From Porphyridium purpureum (taxonomy: Eukaryota), in NCBI GenBank assembly GCA_008690995.1, contig VRMN01000001.1, forward strand, positions 2,542,001-2,606,000: a DNA stretch of 64,000 nucleotides. The letters run 5' to 3'. Shown here piece by piece: positions 18,493 to 27,572 of the stretch. The translations under genes were made by a program, and so were the position numbers. Below the pieces are notes generated by a model that saw only the letters and a list, made by a program, of their open reading frames with translations, was not told the origin of the DNA and did no database searches. How positions within the stretch are numbered: position 1 is the stretch's first letter; each line of letters begins with the position of its first letter.

Positions 18493-20430
18493 GAAGACTT
18501 GGGTTGGATTTGCGGGAGAGGCACGCTAGCGTGTTGTGCGAGCGGATATCGGTCTGGAGTGTTTTTAAAAAGGCAGCTGGGGTTTAAACGTACCTTCCAT
18601 CACCCTTCACTTGTCAAGACCGGTCCACTCCCTCTCGTAGTCCCCTAGAAGTTGAATTTTCTGTCCTCTCTTCCTTTCTAGCCACTTTTCTCTGATTGTC
18701 CTGCTTGTCCTTCCGTTCGTTTCGGTGTGTCGGTTCGTCGTCGGTTTGTCAGTTTCCGGGGTGTGGCGGTTTCCAGTTCCTGTTATCGGTGAAGCGGTCC
18801 GGTTTTGTTGATTCGGTTACAAAGCAGAAAGGGAGAAATTCCAAGCTCCAGACGCACGCCCAATTCCTGAGGGAACAAACGTCGCTCGACTTGTGGGTAC
18901 AGTTCTCGTCCCAGAACCCCTCCCCTTTCAAAAAACGCGCGTGGTTGTTGTGTTCTGCTCATTCGAACGCCGCTGCGGGTCTCGGGTGTACACTGGTGTT
19001 GAGTAACACGTGGTCTTTCTCGGAGAAAGCGCGCTACGTGGCAGCCCTGCGGGATGGAGAAAGAGGGTGCGCGTGGCGATATCGCGCCGTTGTGAGCGTT
19101 ACGCGCGCGCTGCGTGCCGCCGTGGCTCATGCCTCGGCGCAGAAGCCGCTGCCGCGTCCCTCCGCCACGTGCAGCGCTCTTGCTCGCGACCCGCGGCCGT
19201 CCATGACAGCGCCCGCTTGGTCACGCAGAGAAGCAACGCGTGTCCGAGTGCGCTCGGCTTCTCATCGTGCTGCGTATGAACAGACTGATTTGCAAGCGAA
19301 AATGTCGCCACCCATGCAGAGCAGTTCCTGTGCCATTGACTAAATCTCTGTGCGAGCGCTCGAATTGACCGGTTTTGTTGCCATACGCGTCCAAGCCTGC
19401 GGGTCTGCGAGGTACACCTGAGCACATGCCGCATCGTCATGCCAGCTTCCCGCGTTGCCAGGCATGATCATGAACGTATGGTACACAGAGACGCAAGAAG
19501 ACGCGGACGAAGCCAATGCAAACTACCGCCAGTAGCGCCATCGTGTGCGTTGGTCTCATTGGGTGCTGCGCTAGAATGATCTTTGCATTTCAGTCAGTGA
19601 AGCGCTGCGCGTGTTCCAAGCCATCGCCACCCCACCGCGCGGCCCTCACGCCATCCTCGAAACTGCACCACGCGCCTCCCACGTCGAGTGAGTGTCTTCA
19701 GCCAGCACGTGAGCATTCCAGACCATGTTGTCGCCGGGTCCCTCCCTGCGTCAGACGCCTTCATAGAGAGCCCTCTGCGTTGCTCACCGTGTTACCGCCG
19801 ACCGCAAAGTTTCGTGAGCTGAAAGCCGCAGCGTGTCATCCGTATTTAAAAGCGAGCCGTCCTGCTATACAAAGCAGGTTCGACCAAGTAGAAAGCGGCG
19901 CATCTGACGAAGCGACATTTTCGGTCGGCGTTTTCACTTTGAAACGGACGGGAAAAGCGGCTGTAATTTATGTTGCGACAAGGTGTGAGCCACAGCCACA
20001 GGGGGGAGAGGGAGAGACGGAGTGTGTGTGTGTGTGTGTTCGGGCGGCCGGGAGATTGTGCGTCGTGTGGCTGGGAACGTTGCTGGTGTCTGTCACACTT
20101 GTGTGAGGGTCGGGTGGTTGACGGGTATCGCGACTCGAACACTTGCGCTCGCCTCCTTTGTGCTTCACCTCCGTGCGCGCCCTCGCACGCGTTCTGCACT
20201 TTGGCCACGGACTGTCGCGTGCGGTCGCGCCGGCCCGGAGAGTGGATTCTTTTGTGGAGCTGGTCCGTGGAGACGGTCGTTATTCGAAGCCTTTTCGAAG
20301 AGTTTACTGCCCGTCCAACGGGCGCGTCATTCAGCATTTCGTCGAGTCACGCGCACACACTTGCTCGAACAGCAAAGGAAAAGGTGCCCCCTCGTGAGCC
20401 GTGTGAGCATCAAACGAGCAAATTGATTCA

Positions 20431-21936
20431 ATGCCGAAAGCCGGCAGGAAGAGCGGGAACTCGTCGCGCAGCGTTTCGCGTTATGCGAGCGAGGACAAGG
20501 GCGAATATGTGAACGGTTTCGACTTTGAAGAGGTAGTGACAGTATCGCGGGAAAACGATGACAATCACTTCAGCGCCAGGTCCAAGCGACGACAGGGAAG
20601 CGGTAAATTGAACGAGAAGAAATTGCGATTGGCAGATGAGCTTCGTTCACCGCGCACGCCAGGCTCTGCACGCACGCCACGTTCGCTAGGCAGCCACGTG
20701 CTGACAGGACTTGTCGCGGCACTGCGCTTGGTTGCCAGGTATGTGCGCACCATCAACGCAAGCCGTTTGGCACGCGTCTCGATTGGCATTTTTGTTGCGC
20801 TCGTGGTGGTGATGCAAATACACTCAGAGCTCAACCTCGCCGATGCGCGGTTTCGGCATCCGAGTGAGCCGCAGCATGTCAAAGAGGCAGACGTTGTCCC
20901 CAGCCAAGTGGTGGGAGGTCAAGATTTGCAGGCTAGTGCGGCGCCCGCGTTGACGCAAGGCGCCCATCGTGTTGAGGAGCAGCAGCAGCAACATGAGCAA
21001 GAGGGCGTAGGGAAAGAGCTAGACTCTCACGAGTCGGCAGTGGACAAGGCGCTTCGCGCGGTCGTGGAAGCTCAAGAAGAGGAAGCTCAGGATCCTCACG
21101 GCGGTGGCGAGGCAGCAGCGTTCAATCCAAAATCTGCTCCTCCGCCAACCACATTCCTGAACGCGCAGACGGCGTCCACGTACCGTAGGATATCGTCAGA
21201 AGACGAAATTGTCAAGCTTGGATCGCAAGTCATTCGAATCGGAGCCGAGTTTTTACCATCAGTCCACAGTGACGACACCCAGCGATTGGCCGAGCTGTTG
21301 GGCGGTCTGATTGTGAAGCATAAATTCGTCAAAGTTGTGGATGTGAGCTGTCGACTTTTGATGCCGGTGATGACTCAAATACAGTCCGGATTGCTTGACC
21401 AAATGCCATTGTATCAGTACACATGCATTGAAGCGGGAAGCCGCGCCGTGCAGGCTCTTTGGGCCAAGTACAAGAAGGAAAAGGACACCGTCGGTGAAGG
21501 AATGGCGTTTCTACGCAAGGACCTGGCGACGCCAGACCTGAAGGATTTTCCGCGCGGAAATGTGCTGATTGCGTATGACTACTTTCAGCGCATGGATAAG
21601 CCGCGCATCATCGAAGCATTTCGGAACATTAAGGAGTTGGGCTTCAAGTACCTGATCATGACAACCAACCCTGGTCGCAAAAATCCTGTGGGTGAGCAAA
21701 AGTGGAAGTATGCGCGCATGGACTTTGCCAAGGAACCTTACCATCTTGTGCAGCCCATGTACACATTCGGCAACCTCACCGTGAAGGAAGAATGCCAAAC
21801 GTGCCCAAAACTCTTGCAAATGTATATGATCACGCCGCGCCTGCTTCGACACATGGTTAGCATGACCAAGGAAGAGGAAGAGCAGGACAAGTTGAGTGGT
21901 TCCGGCATTCATAAGGTCATGGACATTCAATCATAA
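20431..21936 (+). CDS. Type II membrane protein with a C-terminal class I SAM-methyltransferase-like domain
   Basis: Basic N-terminal tail, a single TM (IGIFVALVVVM), a low-complexity stem, then KVVDVSC..DLATPDLKDFPRGNVLIAYDYFQRM..IIEAFRNIKELGFKYLIMTT..DFAKEPY. The CDS is confident; the product call is tentative. Confidence 0.65.
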   Translation: MPKAGRKSGNSSRSVSRYASEDKGEYVNGFDFEEVVTVSRENDDNHFSARSKRRQGSGKLNEKKLRLADELRSPRTPGSARTPRSLGSHVLTGLVAALRLVARYVRTINASRLARVSIGIFVALVVVMQIHSELNLADARFRHPSEPQHVKEADVVPSQVVGGQDLQASAAPALTQGAHRVEEQQQQHEQEGVGKELDSHESAVDKALRAVVEAQEEEAQDPHGGGEAAAFNPKSAPPPTTFLNAQTASTYRRISSEDEIVKLGSQVIRIGAEFLPSVHSDDTQRLAELLGGLIVKHKFVKVVDVSCRLLMPVMTQIQSGLLDQMPLYQYTCIEAGSRAVQALWAKYKKEKDTVGEGMAFLRKDLATPDLKDFPRGNVLIAYDYFQRMDKPRIIEAFRNIKELGFKYLIMTTNPGRKNPVGEQKWKYARMDFAKEPYHLVQPMYTFGNLTVKEECQTCPKLLQMYMITPRLLRHMVSMTKEEEEQDKLSGSGIHKVMDIQS

Positions 21937-22036
21937 CTCGTGTCCAGCCGTGCAGCCGTGTCTAACTAACCTTAACCTTTTGTTCATTTTTTTTGGTGGA
22001 GAGAAAGAGAATCAACACACGATGGTCACAATTTTG

Positions 22037-22519
22037 CTACCGGGATATCACATCTGCAAGCAATCCGCCAACATGGCCAGCCAGAAGATCGTCCTTAATC
22101 CAAAGTACAAGTGCACCTGGTTCGATCTGCGCGGCCGCGCATTGCTCGCGGTCTTCAATCCAGACCCCAACGTACTGCTGCGGCGCAACCTGCCGAAACA
22201 CCAGCGAGGACTTGCCGCGCGCAGTTTCGTGCACACTACGGCATGACACCCACTTTGGAACCGAACCATTTGCTCGTGCTTGTGTCTCGCTGACAACAGG
22301 CACGCTGCATAGCAAGCCCGAGCTGAGCGCATGAGTAGCCACGATTTCGCGCGCTAGCATGTGCCTCTGTGCATCGCTCATTCTCCAATCTTCTGACCTG
22401 CCAGATTCGAGTGACACGAACTGCCCTTCATCAATGGCAGCTTCTGCACCAGTCACCCCTAACTGCGCGACGCGCACAATCACAAGTCCGCGCGCCGGTC
22501 GCTGAGCAGCGCTTGCCAT
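22037..22519 (-). CDS. Hypothetical protein (start uncertain)
   Basis: Protein-like composition and co-oriented with the neighbouring genes; no motif recognised. Confidence 0.4.
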   Translation of the reverse strand: MASAAQRPARGLVIVRVAQLGVTGAEAAIDEGQFVSLESGRSEDWRMSDAQRHMLAREIVATHALSSGLLCSVPVVSETQARANGSVPKWVSCRSVHETARGKSSLVFRQVAPQQYVGVWIEDREQCAAAQIEPGALVLWIKDDLLAGHVGGLLADVISR

Positions 22520-22818
22520 TCTGGATGTCGTGGCAGATAGTTGTCGCGGATGTAGCTGCACATAGGTTCACGCGCCACGCACGTGACGACCCCTTCGACG
22601 CCGAACGCTCCCGGCACACGCGCGGCGACCGCCTCAAATGCAGCCTTGCACAACTGGGCAGCAAGCCCTTGTCCGCGCAACTGTGCCGGAGTGTACGTGT
22701 GCCAAAAACAAACGCAGCTGCCGAACAGCTTGTATTCGAGCAGCGCACCGCCAGGCGTGCGAAATCGGTTCAAGTGTGGCTCGTGAATGATAGCCAGCGG
22801 CTCGCTCGTGGTTTCCAT
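22480..22818 (-). CDS. Small GNAT acetyltransferase, YjdJ/NATD1 (Acetyltransf_CG) type
   Basis: FWHTYTPAQLRGQGLAAQLCKAAF...CSYIRDNYLPRHPEW. First ATG at 22818. Confidence 0.88.
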   Translation of the reverse strand: METTSEPLAIIHEPHLNRFRTPGGALLEYKLFGSCVCFWHTYTPAQLRGQGLAAQLCKAAFEAVAARVPGAFGVEGVVTCVAREPMCSYIRDNYLPRHPEWQALLSDRRADL

Positions 22819-22883
22819 CTTTTCTCGCGCTTTGCGCAGCGGCACGTGTCGTCCATCAATTTTCTCTACGTACCTTTGTTCAT

Positions 22884-23429
22884 TTATTCGTCCCTTTCCA
22901 TGATGGCATACAGCTCCTGGCGCTTGAGCTGCTGCACGTAGAACTCGGCCAACTCCTCATTGACAACTACCACAATTTCGGAGCCCGTGGCCTGTGCGAC
23001 ACCAAAGATGCGGGTGGCCTCAATCTGCTCCAGCTGCACGATTTTCATGAGCTGGGTGACTACGTGCACCTCGTCGTACTCTTCATCGCCCAGCAAAATC
23101 ACCTTGTACATTGGAATCTCCTCCATCTCCGTTTCGCGCCGCGGCTTTGCGCGCGATGCGCCTGCCGCCGCGTCGGCTTGCGGCTCGGGCGATTTGGTCT
23201 CCGTCATGCGCCCGGTATCCTTCTGAATCGACGTCTTTGGCCGGCCCACCTTAATGCCGGGTGCAAGTTGAGCGCGGTGCGCTGGCATCATCGCACTCAC
23301 AACCGCAGGAGTGGCCGTTGCCATACCATCCTGTACAAACGCGCACTGAGCCCTGCAGACGCGGGCACTCGCGCGCGCTTGACGGGTATCCGCATTTCCC
23401 ACCGCAACAAAGCCGCCTATCACGCGCAT
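22884..23429 (-). CDS. clpS: ClpS-like adaptor protein, probably plastid-targeted
   Basis: PMYKVILLGDEEY..VVTQL..EATRIF..A..G..IV....ELAEFYVQQL, with an N-terminal transit-peptide-like sequence (GFVAV, Ala/Arg/Ser-rich). Confidence 0.82.
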   Translation of the reverse strand: MRVIGGFVAVGNADTRQARASARVCRAQCAFVQDGMATATPAVVSAMMPAHRAQLAPGIKVGRPKTSIQKDTGRMTETKSPEPQADAAAGASRAKPRRETEMEEIPMYKVILLGDEEYDEVHVVTQLMKIVQLEQIEATRIFGVAQATGSEIVVVVNEELAEFYVQQLKRQELYAIMERDE

Positions 23430-23932
23430 TTTCGAACTCGGCTATCCCGCCTCTTTCTCTCCTTCTATCTACCTCTATCTCTCGCCACGCGCGCGCGCAT
23501 GCGCTTGTGAGTGTATGCGAACGGCTCAGACGCTTACCAACCACACTTCACTGACGCATTCAGTCGCATCCTCCTCGTTCCACCCACACAACTCCGCACC
23601 TCGCTGCGTCTCGCGCACGCGCTGCCGCCGCGTCGCCGAGCACCCATTCGCAACACGGCTCAAATGGTTCAAACGGTTAATCCATCTCCGAGCAGCTCAA
23701 GAAGTACAGTCTCTACTGTACCCACAATTGCCGTTTCATCGCGATTGCTTCTGCTTGCGCCCAGACGGAGAGCCATTGGGCGACGACACAGGATCTGGGC
23801 GACATGACGCACAGGGCGTCATGTATTCGGGCTATGCGCGTGCGGCATGAGTACAAGCCGGCCGCATAGAAAGCGCAGCGAGCATGCCGCAGCATTCTGC
23901 TCGACGAAGAAGAAGACTTGTGTCAGGGATGA

Positions 23933-24463
23933 GTGACGAAAAGGAGGAACACTTCTGAAAGGACCGCAGACAAGTGCTGGTCAAGGTGCTGCGAGTTGAG
24001 ATTTGGCGTAGTGACATATTCGAGCAAGAGAGAGGGAGAGAGCGAGCGGCAACTTGTCGAAAGAATGTGGTTACAGGGTGCTGCGTCTGGTATTTCGCTG
24101 AGCGTGCTGGCGTGGCAGGAGGCGAGCGAGCAGCTACCCCATGTACCGAACTGGTCGCGCGCGCTGATTCTGGTGCTCGTGTGCATATGCGCACTGTTGG
24201 TGCCGCACGTTGGGCGCCGTGTAGATGCGGCACTGTTCCGGGACAAATCAAGTGACAACGCGCCCGCGTACAACCCTTTTCAATCGCCGCCGGTTTCTGA
24301 CGATGATGCTATTATTGACATCAGCAGACTTGGATGTGTCAGCAGTGACGATCACGAAGACCAGGACGGGGTGAACACTGATCTTGACAACATGGATGAC
24401 TTTGAATTTCAAAACTGGCAGCTGAAGCGCGAGTGCAAAAGGTACGGCATGGAGCTTGTCTAA
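23933..24463 (+). CDS. Hypothetical membrane protein
   Basis: Hydrophobic ALILVLVCICALLV segment and an acidic tail. The ORF starts at GTG and the first ATG is near 24065. Confidence 0.35.
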   Translation: MTKRRNTSERTADKCWSRCCELRFGVVTYSSKREGESERQLVERMWLQGAASGISLSVLAWQEASEQLPHVPNWSRALILVLVCICALLVPHVGRRVDAALFRDKSSDNAPAYNPFQSPPVSDDDAIIDISRLGCVSSDDHEDQDGVNTDLDNMDDFEFQNWQLKRECKRYGMELV

Positions 24464-24527
24464 ATAAGAAGCCGCCCCGCATGACTGCAATGCCTGCTGT
24501 TGGCTGCTCGTATTTGACGCGATTCGA

Positions 24528-25811
24528 TCATGATATACTGCTGCTTGGGGATGGCGAGGTTTTCAATGCAGGTGCTTTCGGTGGCATGGCCCGCCTGGCG
24601 GCGACTGAAAGCTTGAACTTTACGCCGCATGTCGGGCATGCAGCGCAATGGTCTCGAAATGACGATAGACACACGCTGCAAGTCCAGCCTAAATTAATGG
24701 TTTCGCGCGTCGCAAAACAGGTGGCTCGAAAGTCAACTTCACGCTGCCGTGGCATACGTAGACTCTGCCGAGCGTCACCGTCTGCGAGGAAATAACCCAT
24801 GAGACACTGCAATAGGCACCCTGTATTATTACGCGCAAAGCGCAGCACTCGCAAGTAAATACCAGAGGTCAAATATGACGCTTGCTGGAAAAACTTGCTA
24901 TCTTCAGCATCTTTCACACGCAACACGCAACAATCCACAGGGACGGACATGCGCTGCGCCGAGAACATGCAGTTCATGAACGGGACATACTGAGAAGCCA
25001 TGTCGTCGCTGGGACTCACAATGAGCACCCGAGCATTGACTGCATTTGAATGCAAGCCCTTCGCTTGTACATCAACTGAGCCTGGACCATTCTCACCGCC
25101 GAGAAGCCCCGGCAGACGCCCCACATGCTCCACATTTTCGGTATTTAGCAAAGCCACCGCTCGTGCACGAGTATTAGCGGTGCTCACGGCGCGGTTGATC
25201 AAACACAGGGCAAGGGAAAGCGCGGCGGACATTTTCGGATCTTTTGACGTCGTGCGGCCGCCTCCTGAGGCGTCTGCTCCGGACAAACCGGCACCTTCAC
25301 GCTCGGTGTCGAGCATTTCTAGCAACGCAAGCGTCACACCATCCTGGACCTGGCGCATGAGAGAGGAGACCTCGCGTCGCGGCGCGTGATCCTCTAGCTC
25401 CATGAGTTTGTCCGCATTCGTGCTGCCCTCGATCATAAGCTCGGCAACCGCGCCTGGGCTCCGCATTTTGTCGTCTGCAAACATCTCGTGCGCAGCGGCT
25501 ACACTTGCCGGCAGAAAGGTCTTTGCGCGACGCGTGTTGCACGCCACCAGCGCCACATGATTTTCAGCATGCATTGCCAACACTGCATTCATAAAGATCA
25601 CCAGCTGTGCCAACACTTGCTCAATCAGGAGCGCACAAGCTTGCGCAGCCGACACCGCATCCGCATCAGGTGCATCGGCCTCTTGCTCCACAAACCGCAT
25701 CCACGAATGCAAGCTCAGGTCGAGTACCACGACTACCATGCTCGGGCGGTCGCGTGAAACTACCGCCTCAGTTTCTGACCGAGTAGCTGGGCGACGATCT
25801 TTACCTTCCAT
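24528..25811 (-). CDS. TFB4: TFIIH subunit p34/Tfb4 (GTF2H3)
   Basis: VVVLD vWA-like start, LSLALCLINR, QYVPFMNCMFSAQ, FQQASYLTSGIY and VDFRATCF..GWTCSVCLS..CPTC. Confidence 0.93.
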   Translation of the reverse strand: MEGKDRRPATRSETEAVVSRDRPSMVVVVLDLSLHSWMRFVEQEADAPDADAVSAAQACALLIEQVLAQLVIFMNAVLAMHAENHVALVACNTRRAKTFLPASVAAAHEMFADDKMRSPGAVAELMIEGSTNADKLMELEDHAPRREVSSLMRQVQDGVTLALLEMLDTEREGAGLSGADASGGGRTTSKDPKMSAALSLALCLINRAVSTANTRARAVALLNTENVEHVGRLPGLLGGENGPGSVDVQAKGLHSNAVNARVLIVSPSDDMASQYVPFMNCMFSAQRMSVPVDCCVLRVKDAEDSKFFQQASYLTSGIYLRVLRFARNNTGCLLQCLMGYFLADGDARQSLRMPRQREVDFRATCFATRETINLGWTCSVCLSSFRDHCAACPTCGVKFKLSVAARRAMPPKAPALKTSPSPSSSIS

Positions 25812-25872
25812 CCCGCCAATCCCTTCTTTACTGATCGCTCTTTAACTGCACTCACCTACTCCCGTTTCCTTT

Positions 25873-26832
25873 TCATGACGACTGGCGAAGGAAGCCAACC
25901 GCCGTCAGTATAGCCATGGGCGTAACTTGCAGAACACGGGCGAGCTGCGGATCATTCTTAACCAGAAGCGCGCCGGCAAAACCCAGCGAATTCACGGAAA
26001 TGTCGTCGAACATTTCTTGACTTCGAGGCACTACCATCATCCACTCGCGTGTGAGCAGCAAGTTGTACGCGAACGGCTGTGCTATGCCAGTTGCGCCCTG
26101 AGCGTCTACGTCTGAAAGAACGTTCATGCGTTGTTCTAAAGCGTGCAGGCATGAATGGTACTTGGACAATAAAGTGGCTGCGCTTGAATCTGCGCTGCAG
26201 TCGTCCTCAGTACTTTGAATTATGACGGGCTCGACCACGTGCTCGAAATCCAAGCCTGCTACCACGAGCGGACCTGTCGAGTCATTTTGCATGGCTGCGC
26301 GAATGCTAATGCAGAATGGTGTTCGCTCAGACTGGTCGGGCATCAATCGTGGTACGACCTGCAAATGCTTGTGAAACTGGCTCGCTCCTGCGAGCGTTCC
26401 AGCATTGTAGAACGCCACGCCGTCCATCCTGCGAAGGACGCGTATCACCGCGTCAAAGTCCCGCTCAGTCAGAAGCGCAGATTGAGGCTCGAACGCACGC
26501 GTAACCAGCAACACGTGATCTTCAATCACATTGAACTTGTTCAGCAACACCACATGTGTCTCGCTCACATTCTCCACAAACATGTCAGGATCGTAGGGCA
26601 GGAACGGATTCTGCGGACGCGCCGATTGATTACCTTCTGGTGCCGTGGCCTTGGGCTTTCGCTGCAAGTTGGCCACGCGTCGAATGACAAAATCGAGCTC
26701 GGTCCCCGGCTGGCGGAAAACAGAAACAGTGGTGTCGATAGGGAAGATGGCGTTTGCCTGCACGGCACGTGCGGTGGCCGCCCGCACTCGATCCAAAAAG
26801 TTGCTCATGTCACGCTCAGTCCCGGATACCAT
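25873..26832 (-). CDS. ATP adenylyltransferase / Ap4A phosphorylase (APA1/2 family)
   Basis: NPFLPYD, LLNKFNV, FYNAGTLAGASQFHKHLQ, YNLLLTREWMMVVPRS and SVNSLGFAGALLVK. ATG at 26832 or 26808. Confidence 0.93.
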   Translation of the reverse strand: MVSGTERDMSNFLDRVRAATARAVQANAIFPIDTTVSVFRQPGTELDFVIRRVANLQRKPKATAPEGNQSARPQNPFLPYDPDMFVENVSETHVVLLNKFNVIEDHVLLVTRAFEPQSALLTERDFDAVIRVLRRMDGVAFYNAGTLAGASQFHKHLQVVPRLMPDQSERTPFCISIRAAMQNDSTGPLVVAGLDFEHVVEPVIIQSTEDDCSADSSAATLLSKYHSCLHALEQRMNVLSDVDAQGATGIAQPFAYNLLLTREWMMVVPRSQEMFDDISVNSLGFAGALLVKNDPQLARVLQVTPMAILTAVGFLRQSS

Positions 26833-26840
26833 CACCTCTT

Positions 26841-27344
26841 TTACTTTCGACTCCTCGCGCTTGTGATGCGATACTCCCACTCTGTAATGCTGACGGATGC
26901 CTTGGCCTTCTCATCGTATCCAAAAAACTCATACGTGGACCCGGTGCTTTCCAGCACCGATTCATCAAACTTCACACCTGATTCGCCTACAATGGCTAGG
27001 CCCGGCATCATTTCCCAGGCCGCCGGTTGCATACCCCGTGCCTCGAACTCGCAAAACGGATGCCAATCCGGTGCGTACGCGCTGGTGTACGTGTGCGGGG
27101 ATGCTTTGTGGGTCACGATCGAAGCGTCGTTAACCCGCTCACAAAATTTGCATTTCACCTGGAGATTCACCACGGCGCCACGCACCTGCTCCACTTTGTC
27201 CGACTCGTGAAACACGAGCGCGTTGTCCGTCTTCTCGCCGCAGTTGGTACATGTGAACCACAGCATCCAGTCATAATCGGCGCCTGCCGTCACGGACGCC
27301 ACGCCGTCCAAATGCGCGCGCACTTCCAGCGTGAAGATCGGCAT
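26841..27344 (-). CDS. CXXC zinc-binding protein CZIB/DUF866 (UPF0587)
   Basis: FTCTNCGE..VNLQVKCKFCER..FEARGMQP..EFFGYDEK..VSITE. Confidence 0.92.
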   Translation of the reverse strand: MPIFTLEVRAHLDGVASVTAGADYDWMLWFTCTNCGEKTDNALVFHESDKVEQVRGAVVNLQVKCKFCERVNDASIVTHKASPHTYTSAYAPDWHPFCEFEARGMQPAAWEMMPGLAIVGESGVKFDESVLESTGSTYEFFGYDEKAKASVSITEWEYRITSARSRK

Positions 27345-27572
27345 CTTGTGCCGGTCTCCGGGTTTCTCCTTGCTCGTGCTTGATGCCGGCCAATCTTCAC
27401 CTGGAAAGATAAAATGGATTCAATGTTGACTTTACAGCTAAAGAACGGCCCTGTGATGCGGAGTAGTGGTGAGGTCTCGGCGGGACATGGGCCGCGTGAA
27501 CAAATCCAAGAAACAACCCCAACGCAAGCCAAAAACGCGGCGTCCATGACGGGAAGTGAACTCCTTGGTATC

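Noticed and set aside
18696..20430. ORFs of 160-215 aa between the retrotransposon and the gene at 20431
   Set aside because: Arg/Ala/Cys-rich with (GT)n-derived runs and no recognisable domain; likely non-coding.
26215..27210. 331-aa plus-strand ORF
   Set aside because: Antisense to two well-supported genes (Ap4A phosphorylase and CZIB).
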